A stretch of 32,000 bases of DNA from Sedimentisphaera cyanobacteriorum (lineage in GTDB: Bacteria; Planctomycetota; Phycisphaerae; Sedimentisphaerales; Sedimentisphaeraceae): the NCBI RefSeq assembly GCF_001997385.1, contig NZ_CP019633.1, positions 240,001-272,000 of the forward strand, given 5' to 3'. This document shows, piece after piece, positions 9,083 to 17,935 of this stretch. Numbering within the stretch: the stretch's first letter is position 1; every line of letters starts with the position of its first letter. Position numbers and translations under genes: made by a program. The notes beneath the pieces are model-generated. The model saw only the letters and a program-made list of their open reading frames with translations, was not told the DNA's origin and did not search any database.

Positions 9083-9240
9083 GGGTTACTCCTAATTTGT
9101 TTAATTAGACTGAAAGAATTAGTGTAACTCATACCCCGCTGATTTTAAAGAAACATCTTGTATTTTGCTCTTCTATGGGATGGCTGTGTCAATTTTTCTT
9201 AAAAAAACACACATAAAACTTTACAAAATATAAAATGAGT

Positions 9241-9269
9241 TTGAATTTGGTTTTTTGCAGTATTATAAT
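9241..9269 (+). promoter_or_regulatory. Candidate sigma-70-type promoter for the 9331-12174 gene block
   Basis: TTGAAT (9241-9246), a 17-nt spacer, then TATAAT (9264-9269), about 60 nt upstream of ATG 9331. Confidence 0.4.
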
Positions 9270-9330
9270 TATACTAACGTATTGTGAAATTGAGTATGTA
9301 AAGGATTCAGCATTTTAACCTGCTGATTAT

Positions 9331-9663
9331 ATGAAAATGGATGTTCTTTCGGAATTATCAAATTTCTTTCCGGCAGCTGTTTATACAGGGCTTAAGCTTG
9401 TGATGCTTAGCCCGAACCATGAGGCGGTAATAAGGCGAGCGGAAAATGAGTCGGAATTTCAAACGGCTGAAAGCAGGAATCGAGTAGTAGTTGAGATACT
9501 CAGTGGCAGCGAGGACACCGGCAAGAAGCTCGTGGAAAGAGAGCTTTTTCAGATACGAGACGTTCGCAAGCTGGCAGGTGAGATTGAGAAATATATTGAA
9601 AACGCGCTGGACATTTCGATGAAGTGTGAAGGCGGAGAAAATTCAGATGGCGGACAGGCTTAA
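9331..9663 (+). CDS. Hypothetical protein
   Basis: 110-aa ORF in the same orientation as, and overlapping, the downstream DUF167 gene. I recognise no family, and there is no strong SD. Confidence 0.45.
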   Translation: MKMDVLSELSNFFPAAVYTGLKLVMLSPNHEAVIRRAENESEFQTAESRNRVVVEILSGSEDTGKKLVERELFQIRDVRKLAGEIEKYIENALDISMKCEGGENSDGGQA

Positions 9664-9943
9664 GATAAACGAAGGCCCGGGCTGGGTTGAGCTGGGCTTT
9701 AAGATTGTTCCGGGAAGCAGCAGGACAGCGATTTCAGGCTGCCACGACGGGATGATTAAGGTTAAGGTGGCAGCGCCGCCGGAGAAAGGCAAGGCAAACA
9801 AGGAGCTGATCTCGTATCTGGCCTCACGCTTGAACGCAAAGAAAAAGGATATCGAGCTTGTATCAGGTGCGTCGAATCCTGTTAAAAGGCTCAAAATTTA
9901 CGGCGCAGAGCCGGAAAAAATTATGCAAATATGCAGGGAGTGA
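9647..9943 (+). CDS. DUF167 (YggU/UPF0235) family protein
   Basis: The motifs KIVPGSSRTAISG...MIKVKVAAPPEKGKANKELISYLASRL...IELVSGASNPVKRLKI match the DUF167 pattern. The ATG at 9647 is preferred over the GTG at 9626. Confidence 0.8.
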   Translation: MADRLKINEGPGWVELGFKIVPGSSRTAISGCHDGMIKVKVAAPPEKGKANKELISYLASRLNAKKKDIELVSGASNPVKRLKIYGAEPEKIMQICRE

Positions 9944-9947
9944 AAAA

Positions 9948-10943
9948 ATGGCCGAGAAAGAAAAAAAGAAAGCCAAAAAAAGCAATATGCTTCGTAAACT
10001 GCTGATAGCAGTTCTTGTTGTAATTCTTCTTATTTCAGTTCTTTTCAGCTTCTTCGGCGAAAGAGCGGCCACTGTCGCAGCGGAAAAGGCAGGAACGAAG
10101 GCTCTTGGTGTTGGCGTTGATATAGATGCAATCACGTTCAGCCTTATGGGAGGCGAGGGGAAAATAAACGGGCTCACTGTTGACAATCCCGAGGGTTACA
10201 AGCTCGATTATGCCATGAAGATGGGGCAGGGCGATATAGCCGTGGACACAGGCTCGCTTCTCAGTGATGAGGTGCATATCAAGAAGCTGCACTTCGACGG
10301 GCTTCATATAAATTTCGAGAGCAGGGGCTTCAAGAGCAACTTCCAAACTATCACAGAGAATATGAAGCCTGCCGAAGGCGAGAAGAAGCCGGAGGAAGAA
10401 AAGCCCGCTGAAAAAGGCAAGAAGCAGGTTGTGGTGGATAAGCTCATAATCTCAAACGCAAAGGTTACAGTTAAGCTGATAGACCTGCCTGTAGGCGATA
10501 TGGACAAGATGACCTTCACCCTCCCGCGCATCGAGATGGAAGATGTGGGGAAAGACAAAAAGCTCAGCTTTGCTGAGTTAACAAAAATCATCTTCGGCAC
10601 AATCACCGAAACCATAATGCAGAAGGGCAAAGGCATAATCCCCACGGGCGTACTCGATTCTCTTGGAGGCTCTTTTAAGGGAGCTGCAGGAGTGTTAGGA
10701 GACCTCGGGCAGGGCGTATTCGGCTCTGTATCGGGGATTGCCGGTGAAGGCGGCAAGAAAGTCGGCGAGGCAGTTGAAGGCAGTAAAAAGGCTGTAGAAG
10801 GCGTAGTTGAGGGCGGCAAAAAGGCCCTCGAAGGCGCAGCGAAAACAGGCGAGAATATCGGCAAAGAAGCCGGCAAAATCGTAGAAGGTATAGGCGGTAT
10901 GTTCGGCGGGGATAAAAAAGAAGAAGAAGAAAAGGCCGAATAA
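9948..10943 (+). CDS. N-terminally membrane-anchored protein with a Gly/Lys/Glu-rich C-terminal repeat tail
   Basis: ATG 9948 lies 4 nt after the DUF167 stop; the track start at 9858 overlaps that gene. The N-terminus is basic (MAEKEKKKAKKSN) and is followed by a TM helix (LLIAVLVVILLISVLFSFF). The tail carries periodic KK..EG repeats. No family assigned. Confidence 0.65.
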   Translation: MAEKEKKKAKKSNMLRKLLIAVLVVILLISVLFSFFGERAATVAAEKAGTKALGVGVDIDAITFSLMGGEGKINGLTVDNPEGYKLDYAMKMGQGDIAVDTGSLLSDEVHIKKLHFDGLHINFESRGFKSNFQTITENMKPAEGEKKPEEEKPAEKGKKQVVVDKLIISNAKVTVKLIDLPVGDMDKMTFTLPRIEMEDVGKDKKLSFAELTKIIFGTITETIMQKGKGIIPTGVLDSLGGSFKGAAGVLGDLGQGVFGSVSGIAGEGGKKVGEAVEGSKKAVEGVVEGGKKALEGAAKTGENIGKEAGKIVEGIGGMFGGDKKEEEEKAE

Positions 10944-10965
10944 AGCTTCAGTTTATAAGTCAGGG

Positions 10966-12174
10966 ATGATGAAAAAACATGGATTAACAGCCCCTGCCGG
11001 TTTCCTCGCTTCAGGGGTCTCGGCGGGTATAAAGGATTCGGGCAGTAAAGATCTTGGAATGATAAGCTGTCCAGAAGGAGCGAAAGCCGCTGGAGTTTTT
11101 ACCACAAATGCAGTTGTATCGGCGGCAGTTGAGGTTTGCAGAGAAAATCTCGCCTGCGCCAGATGCTTCGGCGTTGTGGTTAATTCGGGGAATGCAAACG
11201 CCTGCACAGGCAAAAAAGGCCTCAGCGATGCACGCAGTATGTGCAGAGAGGCAGGCAAAGCACTTAAGGCGGAAGAAAGTTCGATTCTCGCTGCCTCTAC
11301 AGGGATAATCGGCCAGCATCTTCCCATGCAGAAGGTTCGCTGCGGCATTAAGGCCTCAGCAGATTCGCTTTCTCAATCACAAAAAGCGGGCAGGGATTTC
11401 GCCGAGTCAATCCTAACTACCGACACCGCAGCCAAACAGTACAGTGAAACCGTCCGGCTCTCGGGAAAAGATGTAACAATCGCAGGCGCAATAAAGGGGG
11501 CAGGTATGATAGCCCCGAATATGGCCACTACGCTCTGCTTTCTCACTACAGACGTCGCAATCAGCAAAACACTTCTGCAAAGAGCGCTGAAAGAAGCGGC
11601 AGGGGAGTCTCTCAACAAGCTTACCGTTGACGGTCATCAAAGCACTAATGACACTGCCCTGATTCTTGCATCGGGAAAGGCTGGAAATGCGGGAATAAAC
11701 AAAGCCGGGAGCCAAGATTATAAGAAATTCTTAAAAACACTGCTTAGCGTATGTCGTAACCTTACCAGACAAATGGCTCTTGACGCTGAAGGGGCCTCTA
11801 AGATATTCAAAGTTGCTGTTTCGGGGGCGGCATCAAAGAAAGATGCCCGCAAAGCCGCAAGGGCAGTAGCGAATTATGATTTGGTAAAATGTGCTGTAAA
11901 CGGCTCTGATCCTAACTGGGGAAGAATAATTTGTGCGATAGGCTCTTGCGGAGCTAAAGTGAATGTTGATAATATAACTTGCCGGCTCGACAGGCTTACC
12001 GTTTTTCGCGGAGGCAGGCCGGTGAAGTTTGATAAAAAACGTGCTGAAGAGATTGTATCGCAGAAAGAGCATACAATCTCAATAGACCTTGGCGCAGGCA
12101 GCAGTTCAGATTTCTGCTGGGGCTGCGATTTGAGCAAAAAGTACGTTGAAATAAATGCTGATTACCATACCTGA
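10966..12174 (+). CDS. argJ: Bifunctional glutamate N-acetyltransferase / amino-acid acetyltransferase ArgJ
   Basis: 402 aa. The autoprocessing-site region is IAPNMATTLCFLTTDVAI, the N-terminus is GFLASGVSAGIK, and the C-terminus is NGSDPNWGRIICAIG...YVEINADYHT. Confidence 0.93.
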   Translation: MMKKHGLTAPAGFLASGVSAGIKDSGSKDLGMISCPEGAKAAGVFTTNAVVSAAVEVCRENLACARCFGVVVNSGNANACTGKKGLSDARSMCREAGKALKAEESSILAASTGIIGQHLPMQKVRCGIKASADSLSQSQKAGRDFAESILTTDTAAKQYSETVRLSGKDVTIAGAIKGAGMIAPNMATTLCFLTTDVAISKTLLQRALKEAAGESLNKLTVDGHQSTNDTALILASGKAGNAGINKAGSQDYKKFLKTLLSVCRNLTRQMALDAEGASKIFKVAVSGAASKKDARKAARAVANYDLVKCAVNGSDPNWGRIICAIGSCGAKVNVDNITCRLDRLTVFRGGRPVKFDKKRAEEIVSQKEHTISIDLGAGSSSDFCWGCDLSKKYVEINADYHT

Positions 12175-12214
12175 GCAGTTCAGGTTTGTTCTTTAACAAC
12201 TGAAGAGGGTTTTA

Positions 12215-12235
12215 CTGAAACATTAACTGTTTCAG
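12215..12235 (+). terminator. Hairpin downstream of argJ (possible weak terminator)
   Basis: CTGAAACA-TTAAC-TGTTTCAG forms a perfect 8-bp stem. No U-tract follows. Confidence 0.25.
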
Positions 12236-12386
12236 ATAAGCTGAATATAAATGGCTGCAGAGAGGATGTTTTTCTTTCGGCGGAATAAGCTTTAGGCTGT
12301 GTGCTTTCTGATTTTCGCATGCCGCCGGCTGACGGAATAGCCGGCAGGCTGCAGAATGTTAAAAAAACATTTTAGGAGTGATTAAG

Positions 12387-13136
12387 ATGCTTAAAAAAAT
12401 GATACTCACAGCGATTATGCTTGCCTGCACGGCAGGTGTAACAATGGCTTTCGATGCTGATATCAAAGGCGATCTCTCAATCGACTATTCAAGCAAGTAT
12501 ATCTGGCGCGGTAAGGCTATTTCTGATGAGTCTGTAATGCAGACCGGCCTGGATTTTACAATGGATAAACTCAGTTTAGGAATCTGGGGAAATATGGATC
12601 TTACAAACGACCTTGAAGAAAGAAACAACTTTACCAAAGTTGACTACTACATTGAATACGGCGACAAGCTCGGCGATGTTATGAAGTACTGCATCGGTGC
12701 TAAAAGATTTGACTTTGATATGGGCTCTATGAATGAAGCAAGAAGCGAAGTTTATGCCGGACTGGGTTTAGATATGATGCTGAATCCAATGGTCAAGGCA
12801 TACTATGATATTGATGAAGCTCAGGACGGCATGTACATCCGCGGCTGCGTGAGCGAGTCTATGGATCTATCAGACGGCGTAGGGCTTGAGTGCTCTGCTT
12901 CAGTCGGCTGGGCTAATGATAAGTCTAACGAAGCTTACTGGGGCTCAGATGATGATGCATTCCAGGACTTCAAAGCAAACGTAGGTATGCCGATTGCCAT
13001 GGGCGATTGGACTCTTACCCCTAACGTTTCATACGTTGCCCTTCTGGACAATGATATGAGAGAAGCAGACGGTTACTACGCTTCAGACGATCCGGACTAC
13101 TTCTACGCAGGTGTAGGGCTTTCAACCAGTTTCTAA
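12387..13136 (+). CDS. TorF/Gcw_chp-like small outer-membrane beta-barrel (putative porin)
   Basis: AGGAG lies 8 nt upstream of ATG 12387. The signal peptide is MLKKMILTAIMLACTAGVTMA. The pattern DLSIDYSSKYIWRGKAISDESVMQTGLDF...LGIWGN, with alternating aromatic/Gly strands and a terminal F, fits the family. The family call is from memory. Confidence 0.55.
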   Translation: MLKKMILTAIMLACTAGVTMAFDADIKGDLSIDYSSKYIWRGKAISDESVMQTGLDFTMDKLSLGIWGNMDLTNDLEERNNFTKVDYYIEYGDKLGDVMKYCIGAKRFDFDMGSMNEARSEVYAGLGLDMMLNPMVKAYYDIDEAQDGMYIRGCVSESMDLSDGVGLECSASVGWANDKSNEAYWGSDDDAFQDFKANVGMPIAMGDWTLTPNVSYVALLDNDMREADGYYASDDPDYFYAGVGLSTSF

Positions 13137-13267
13137 CCTAAATTACGATGCCTTTTACGGGCAGTTTCATTAAGGAAGCGCATTATCCGCAGAAAGGAAG
13201 ACTCTCTTTGCAGCCGGCATTTTAAAACCCTCTTTTGAAAAATACATCCCCTTTGCGTTTTTCTGCC

Positions 13268-13300
13268 AAAAAAAGGCAGACGCTCTGAAGCCGCCTGCCT
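13268..13300 (-). terminator. Rho-independent terminator of the sulfatase operon
   Basis: On the minus strand the sequence reads AGGCAGGCGGCTTCAGAGCGTCTGCCTTTTTTT, a GC-rich stem with one mismatch followed by a T7 run. It lies 30 nt after the stop of the 13331-15013 gene. Confidence 0.6.
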
Positions 13301-13330
13301 TAAGGAAAGATGAAGTTTATACAGCTAAGC

Positions 13331-15013
13331 TCAGCCCCAAGGCCATGGCTTGGCTTTAGTTCTTCTCGCCCATTTCTCCCAGAGCTGGGCAAGTTCTTCC
13401 ACCTTCTCTGGATACTTGTCTGCAAGGTCGTGTATTTCAGATTTGTCCTTATCCATATCGTAAAGCTCCCAGCCTTCGGAGGTGCTGAAATCTCTTATCT
13501 CACGCACATACGAAACGAGTTTCCATTTGCCCTTCCGGATTGCACGGTTGCCCTCGTGTTCCCAGAAAATTGCGTCCCGTTCGATCGGTTTGTCTTTAAG
13601 AGCAGCGGGCAAAAGGCTCTTTCCTTCATAAGGCGTTATTTCGTTTCCGTTGAACCGCTTTGGATACTTCGCATCGGCGATATCAATGCAGGTTGCCATA
13701 ATATCGATAATATGCCCGGGAGAGCGGTTTATTTTGCCTGCCATATATTTCGTTTTTGCAGGCCATGAGAAGATCAGCGGCGTAGCGATTCCGCCTTCAT
13801 GGGTGTAATGTTTGAAAAGCTTGAAGGGCGTGTTCTGAGCGTTTGCCCAGGCCCTGCCGCATCTGATAAAGCTTTCTGGGCCCCCGAGCCTGCCGGTATT
13901 CTTGCCGAAGTTGTGGGCTTGGGCTTTGCCTTCAGCGCAGCCGCCATTGTCTGAGAGGAACATAAACACGGTATTCTCATATTCGCCCTTTTCTTTGAGG
14001 AAATCAACCAGCCTGCCCACGCTCTTATCCATCTCGTCGATCATGGCAGCGTAAACGGCTATCATATCGGCCTGCTCTTTCTGCTCCTTCTCGCTGAGCT
14101 CATCCCATGCAGGTATGCCCCGTTTATACCAGCGGTAGCTGGAGTTTTTGAGTTCGTCCCAGTCTTCCCTTTTGTCGTGAGAAAGCCCCCACTGTTCTTT
14201 GAGAATGCCCATCTCTTTCATACGTTCGTATCTCTGCCTGCGCAGCTCATCCCAGCCGCAAAGATAGCGATCGCGGTATTTCTCAATCGTATCTTTCGGT
14301 GCCTGCAATGGCCAGTGCGGGGCGTTATGAGCGAGGTAGTAGAAAAGCGGCTTACCCTCTTTGAAGGCCTCTTTTGCGAATTGGATCCCGTAGTCAACCC
14401 ATGCGTGAGTTGTGTAAAATCCTTCGGGCATTTCCGATTTGCTGTTGTATTTTAGTTTATCATTTAGATAAATCTCTTTGTTCGGCTGGTAGAAGAAGCC
14501 TGCACCAGTTGGGCAGCCGAAGAAGCGGTCGAAGCCGCGGGAGGTTGGTATCTGGCTCGGGATAGCCCTGCCCACATGCCATTTCCCTGTAATTGATGTG
14601 AAATAGCCCGCTGGCTTGAGCACTTCAGCTATGGTAACGCATTTTCGGTGAATATGCCCCTGATAGCCTTCAAGGTCGTGGTCTTTATACATCCATCCCA
14701 TGCCCGCCTGATGCGGGTAGAGCCCGCTGAGAATGCTCGCACGAGACGGGCAGCATCTTGCTGTATTGTGGAAATCCGTGAATCGGACGCCTTGATTTGC
14801 GAGCCTGTCGAGATTCGGGGTTTCGATTTCGCTTCCGAAGCAGCCGATATCCGAATACCCCATATCATCAACCATAATTACAACTATATTAGGGCGTTTG
14901 GATTTGCTAATTTTCAATTCTTTATTAGCGAAAAATGCCTCTCCGCTAACCGATGAGCCTAAAGCTGCACCGAATGTACAGCCGGCTAATTTAACAAAAT
15001 CTCTTCTGCGCAT
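13331..15013 (-). CDS. Cys-type arylsulfatase (sulfatase family S1) with a Tat signal
   Basis: 560 aa. The Tat-like N-terminus is MRRRDFVKLAG. The metal site is VVIMVDDMGYSDIGCFG, and the FGly motif is CCPSRASILSGLYPHQ. GAGGA RBS. Confidence 0.9.
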   Translation of the reverse strand: MRRRDFVKLAGCTFGAALGSSVSGEAFFANKELKISKSKRPNIVVIMVDDMGYSDIGCFGSEIETPNLDRLANQGVRFTDFHNTARCCPSRASILSGLYPHQAGMGWMYKDHDLEGYQGHIHRKCVTIAEVLKPAGYFTSITGKWHVGRAIPSQIPTSRGFDRFFGCPTGAGFFYQPNKEIYLNDKLKYNSKSEMPEGFYTTHAWVDYGIQFAKEAFKEGKPLFYYLAHNAPHWPLQAPKDTIEKYRDRYLCGWDELRRQRYERMKEMGILKEQWGLSHDKREDWDELKNSSYRWYKRGIPAWDELSEKEQKEQADMIAVYAAMIDEMDKSVGRLVDFLKEKGEYENTVFMFLSDNGGCAEGKAQAHNFGKNTGRLGGPESFIRCGRAWANAQNTPFKLFKHYTHEGGIATPLIFSWPAKTKYMAGKINRSPGHIIDIMATCIDIADAKYPKRFNGNEITPYEGKSLLPAALKDKPIERDAIFWEHEGNRAIRKGKWKLVSYVREIRDFSTSEGWELYDMDKDKSEIHDLADKYPEKVEELAQLWEKWARRTKAKPWPWG

Positions 15014-15041
15014 AAATAATCCTCTTCAAAAAAGTTTAAGA

Positions 15042-16472
15042 CTAAAATTTAACCGCTTCGTCGATGCCTACCTCTTCTGCCCATCTCTTGAGCTCGGCCT
15101 TTAGCTGTTTTACCTTTTCAGGTTTCTGTGCAGCGAGATTTGTGGTTTCCTTGATGTCGCTCTGGAGGTCGAAAAGCTCAGTGTCAGACCCGTCCGGATT
15201 AATAAGCAGTTTCCATTTGCCGTCTCTAACTGCAAATGAGGGACTGATAAATTCCTTATTCCCCGGCATTAGCGTTGCGAAAGGTTTGCCGTACTGCCAG
15301 CATATTGGCTTTTTGCGCTGGAATTTCTTTCCGAGAAGCGCAGGCATCATATCCTGCCCGTCCTTCTCTGAAGAGGCCTTTGCACCGGTAATATTGAGGA
15401 ATGTTGGCGAAAGGTCTATCCCTGCGCATATCGCTTCGCTGTTTATTGTGCCCGCAGGGATTTTGCCCTGCCATTTCGCTATGAAAGGCATCCTTATTCC
15501 GCCTTCGTAAAGGCTCCATTTCCTGCCGTAGAATTCACCTGTAGATCCCGGAGGGTTCCAGCCGTCGCGGTAGTATCGCCGCCAGTCTGTCGGGCCGTTG
15601 TCGCTTGTGAAGACTATCAGCGTGTTATCTTCTATGCCGAGCTGCTTAACTTTATCGAATGCCCTGCCGAGCTGTTTGTCCATCTCTTTGAGTACCGCGA
15701 AGAAAGCCTGCTGCCAAGGGTTCTGCGTTACAGATTTCATTTTCTCTGCCTCGCCTTCTTTAGGCAGATGCCAGTCGTGAACGTCATTGGGGAAAAGCTC
15801 AATATAGAAAGGCCTGTCTGCCTCAACGCTTTCCTCCATAAATTTCAGCGAGCGGTTCACGTAATTCTCAGTTGTATTATGTTTGGGGATTTCGGTGGTC
15901 TTGCCGCCAAGCTTTGCGCTTTGTCTGGAAAGTCCGTGGTCTTCAAAAAGAAGCCTTTCCCCAAGTCCTTCAAACGAAACCAGCGATTCATCAAAGCCGT
16001 ATTTCTGCGGGAGTGGGGCATCATCAACATCTCTTCCGCCTCCAACATGCCATTTGCCGAAATGCGCAGTCTTGTAGCCTGCACGCTTCAGCTCGCCCGC
16101 GGTAACAGGTGCCTTTGCTGTGAGATAGTTGGCCATGCTGCGTTTTTTGTTGATCTTTCGTGAATTCAAGTATGAATGTATCTTCCATCTCTGAGGGTAC
16201 TGACCTGTCATAACTGCTACGCGCGAAGGCGAGCAGATAGGAGAGTTTACATAGAAGTTAGTCAGCTTTGTGCCTTCGGATGCTAGCCGGTCTATGTTAG
16301 GCGTTTTGATTTTGTAGTTTCCGAAACAGGATGGGTCTGCAAAGCCCATATCATCTATAAATACGAAAAGAATATTGGGCTTTTTCTCTTTAAGAGCAAA
16401 GCTCATCGGGGCTGCGGCGGCCGCTGCGCCTGCAAGGATCGACTTTTTAAGGAAATCTCTTCTTTTGATCAT
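15042..16472 (-). CDS. Cys-type sulfatase (sulfatase family S1) with a Tat signal
   Basis: 476 aa. The N-terminus is MIKRRDFLKKSILAGAAAAAAP. The metal site is FVFIDDMGFADPSCFG, and the FGly motif is CSPSRVAVMTGQYP. The gene ends 28 bp upstream of the next sulfatase gene, so the two are likely an operon. Confidence 0.9.
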   Translation of the reverse strand: MIKRRDFLKKSILAGAAAAAAPMSFALKEKKPNILFVFIDDMGFADPSCFGNYKIKTPNIDRLASEGTKLTNFYVNSPICSPSRVAVMTGQYPQRWKIHSYLNSRKINKKRSMANYLTAKAPVTAGELKRAGYKTAHFGKWHVGGGRDVDDAPLPQKYGFDESLVSFEGLGERLLFEDHGLSRQSAKLGGKTTEIPKHNTTENYVNRSLKFMEESVEADRPFYIELFPNDVHDWHLPKEGEAEKMKSVTQNPWQQAFFAVLKEMDKQLGRAFDKVKQLGIEDNTLIVFTSDNGPTDWRRYYRDGWNPPGSTGEFYGRKWSLYEGGIRMPFIAKWQGKIPAGTINSEAICAGIDLSPTFLNITGAKASSEKDGQDMMPALLGKKFQRKKPICWQYGKPFATLMPGNKEFISPSFAVRDGKWKLLINPDGSDTELFDLQSDIKETTNLAAQKPEKVKQLKAELKRWAEEVGIDEAVKF

Positions 16473-16786
16473 TCTTAAGCCTCTTAAAGTTTAATGTTGC
16501 AATTTGTGCTTTAACTTTTTTTGTTATAAAGTAAATAGCTGATTTTTCAATATTTTACATAAATTCTGCACGGAATTTTTCATATACGAACTATATTCTT
16601 GCAATTTTTAAATAAACTGTTAAAATGTCTTTACAATTAGCTCACAATTAATTAAGTTCTTTTTTAAAGAATTTTTGTAAAAAACATTTAATTAAGCAGC
16701 AATTTTGTTAAAAAAGAACACAGTTTTAGTTTAAAAAAACGGCATTAAAATGGCCGGAGAAAGGTTTTATTAATAGGAAGGCAGTT

Positions 16787-17626
16787 ATGAAAAAGAAGGC
16801 TTTTACACTGATCGAATTGCTTGTAGTAATTTCAATTATCGCGCTTCTGATGGCGGTTCTTATGCCGGCTCTTGGAAGAGCGAGAGAACAGGCCAAATCC
16901 ACGGTCTGCCAGACACGCCTGAAACAGTGGGGCGTTATCTGGAATGTTTATACCGATAAGTATGGCGGCAGATTCCCAAGCGCATATGATATCAATGACA
17001 GATACGGAATAGGCTGGCTTAGAGGTGCTTGGATTATTCCTCTGCGTTACGAATGGGAAACAAACTCTGACATCCTTAGGTGTCCAGAAGCAGAAGAGCC
17101 TGCTCCAAAGCAAGACCCCGATGACCCCAGCTACAATGGGCTAAGACATGCATACTGGATGGGAGATCCGGGCAATATTCAAGACGAGGAAGACCTTGAT
17201 GAAAAGGAATATGCCAGCTACGGGATGAACTGCTGGGCTTTTGATGATTCAAAAGATGTTCAGCAAAGACCAGCTGAGTACCACTGGAGAGCTATCAGCA
17301 GAGTCAGCAGGGCGAATACAGTTCCGCTTTTTGCAGACAGCATGTGGAGAGGCGGCGGGCCTCACTATGAACGAGGCGAAACTGCAATTCAGCCATCCCC
17401 GCAAAATGGGCAGTTTATGAACTACGACAATGAGATGTCTCACTTTACAGTGAGAAGGCACCCTAAGGGTACGAACCTGCTGTTTATGGACGGTTCGGTA
17501 GGTAAACTTTCAATTAAAGACCTCTACCACCAGAAATGGCACAGGATGTTTGACCTTCACGGAAGATACTCAGAAGAAGATACCGAAGTTGACTGGCCTG
17601 AATGGATTGAAGACACTACAGACTAA
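16787..17626 (+). CDS. Prepilin-type N-terminal cleavage/methylation domain protein of the H-X9-DG (DUF1559-like) class
   Basis: The N-terminus MKKKAFTLIELLVVISIIALLMAVLMPAL is a type IV pilin-like leader plus hydrophobic helix. The C-terminal HPKGTNLLFMDG matches the H-X9-DG motif. Confidence 0.85.
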   Translation: MKKKAFTLIELLVVISIIALLMAVLMPALGRAREQAKSTVCQTRLKQWGVIWNVYTDKYGGRFPSAYDINDRYGIGWLRGAWIIPLRYEWETNSDILRCPEAEEPAPKQDPDDPSYNGLRHAYWMGDPGNIQDEEDLDEKEYASYGMNCWAFDDSKDVQQRPAEYHWRAISRVSRANTVPLFADSMWRGGGPHYERGETAIQPSPQNGQFMNYDNEMSHFTVRRHPKGTNLLFMDGSVGKLSIKDLYHQKWHRMFDLHGRYSEEDTEVDWPEWIEDTTD

Positions 17627-17660
17627 CGTCTGAGTTAAACAGCTCAGGCGGTTTTTTTTT
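17627..17660 (+). terminator. Rho-independent terminator
   Basis: CGTCTGAG-loop-CTCAGGCG stem, followed by G and a T9 run, immediately after the stop codon. Confidence 0.7.
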
Positions 17661-17935
17661 GTTTTATGTGCTGAGTTATATAATGGGTATGAAAAATTGC
17701 ATTTTTATGTCCTAATTGGTGCCAGCTGGTTTATGATAATAAGCTGCTTTGAGAAAAAAAAACGGGCGATTATCTAACAAATTTGTTTTTTTAAAAAATT
17801 TTGTAAAAATTTCGTATTTGAGGCATTTATTAATTGTGAGGCAGTTTTACTGACTCAATAAATTAATATATAAGTTTAAAGATTCGGCCTTAAGCAAGAG
17901 GCTGTAAGAAAGGTTTTATTAATAGGAAGGCAGTT

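Larger units (their letters stand above)
16758..17660 (+). repeat. Tandem duplication unit 1 (5' UTR + pseudopilin-like gene + terminator)
   Basis: It shares the 29-nt leader AGAAAGGTTTTATTAATAGGAAGGCAGTT, a near-identical first 159 nt of CDS, an identical last 60 nt and the terminator with 17907-18856. Confidence 0.85.

Noticed and set aside
9626-9646. GTG start at 9626 for the DUF167 gene, as in the track
   Set aside because: ATG 9647 removes most of the overlap with the upstream ORF and matches the usual length of the family, although the GTG cannot be excluded.
10304-10876. 190-aa minus-strand ORF
   Set aside because: It is antisense to the Gly/Lys/Glu-rich tail of the 9948-10943 gene. 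Its P/S/T-rich low-complexity translation is typical of a shadow ORF.
10953-11348. 131-aa minus-strand ORF overlapping the start of argJ
   Set aside because: The + strand frame encodes an unmistakable ArgJ, so this is a shadow ORF.
13310-13768. 152-aa + strand ORF
   Set aside because: It is antisense to the C-terminal part of a well-supported sulfatase gene and shows no recognisable motifs.
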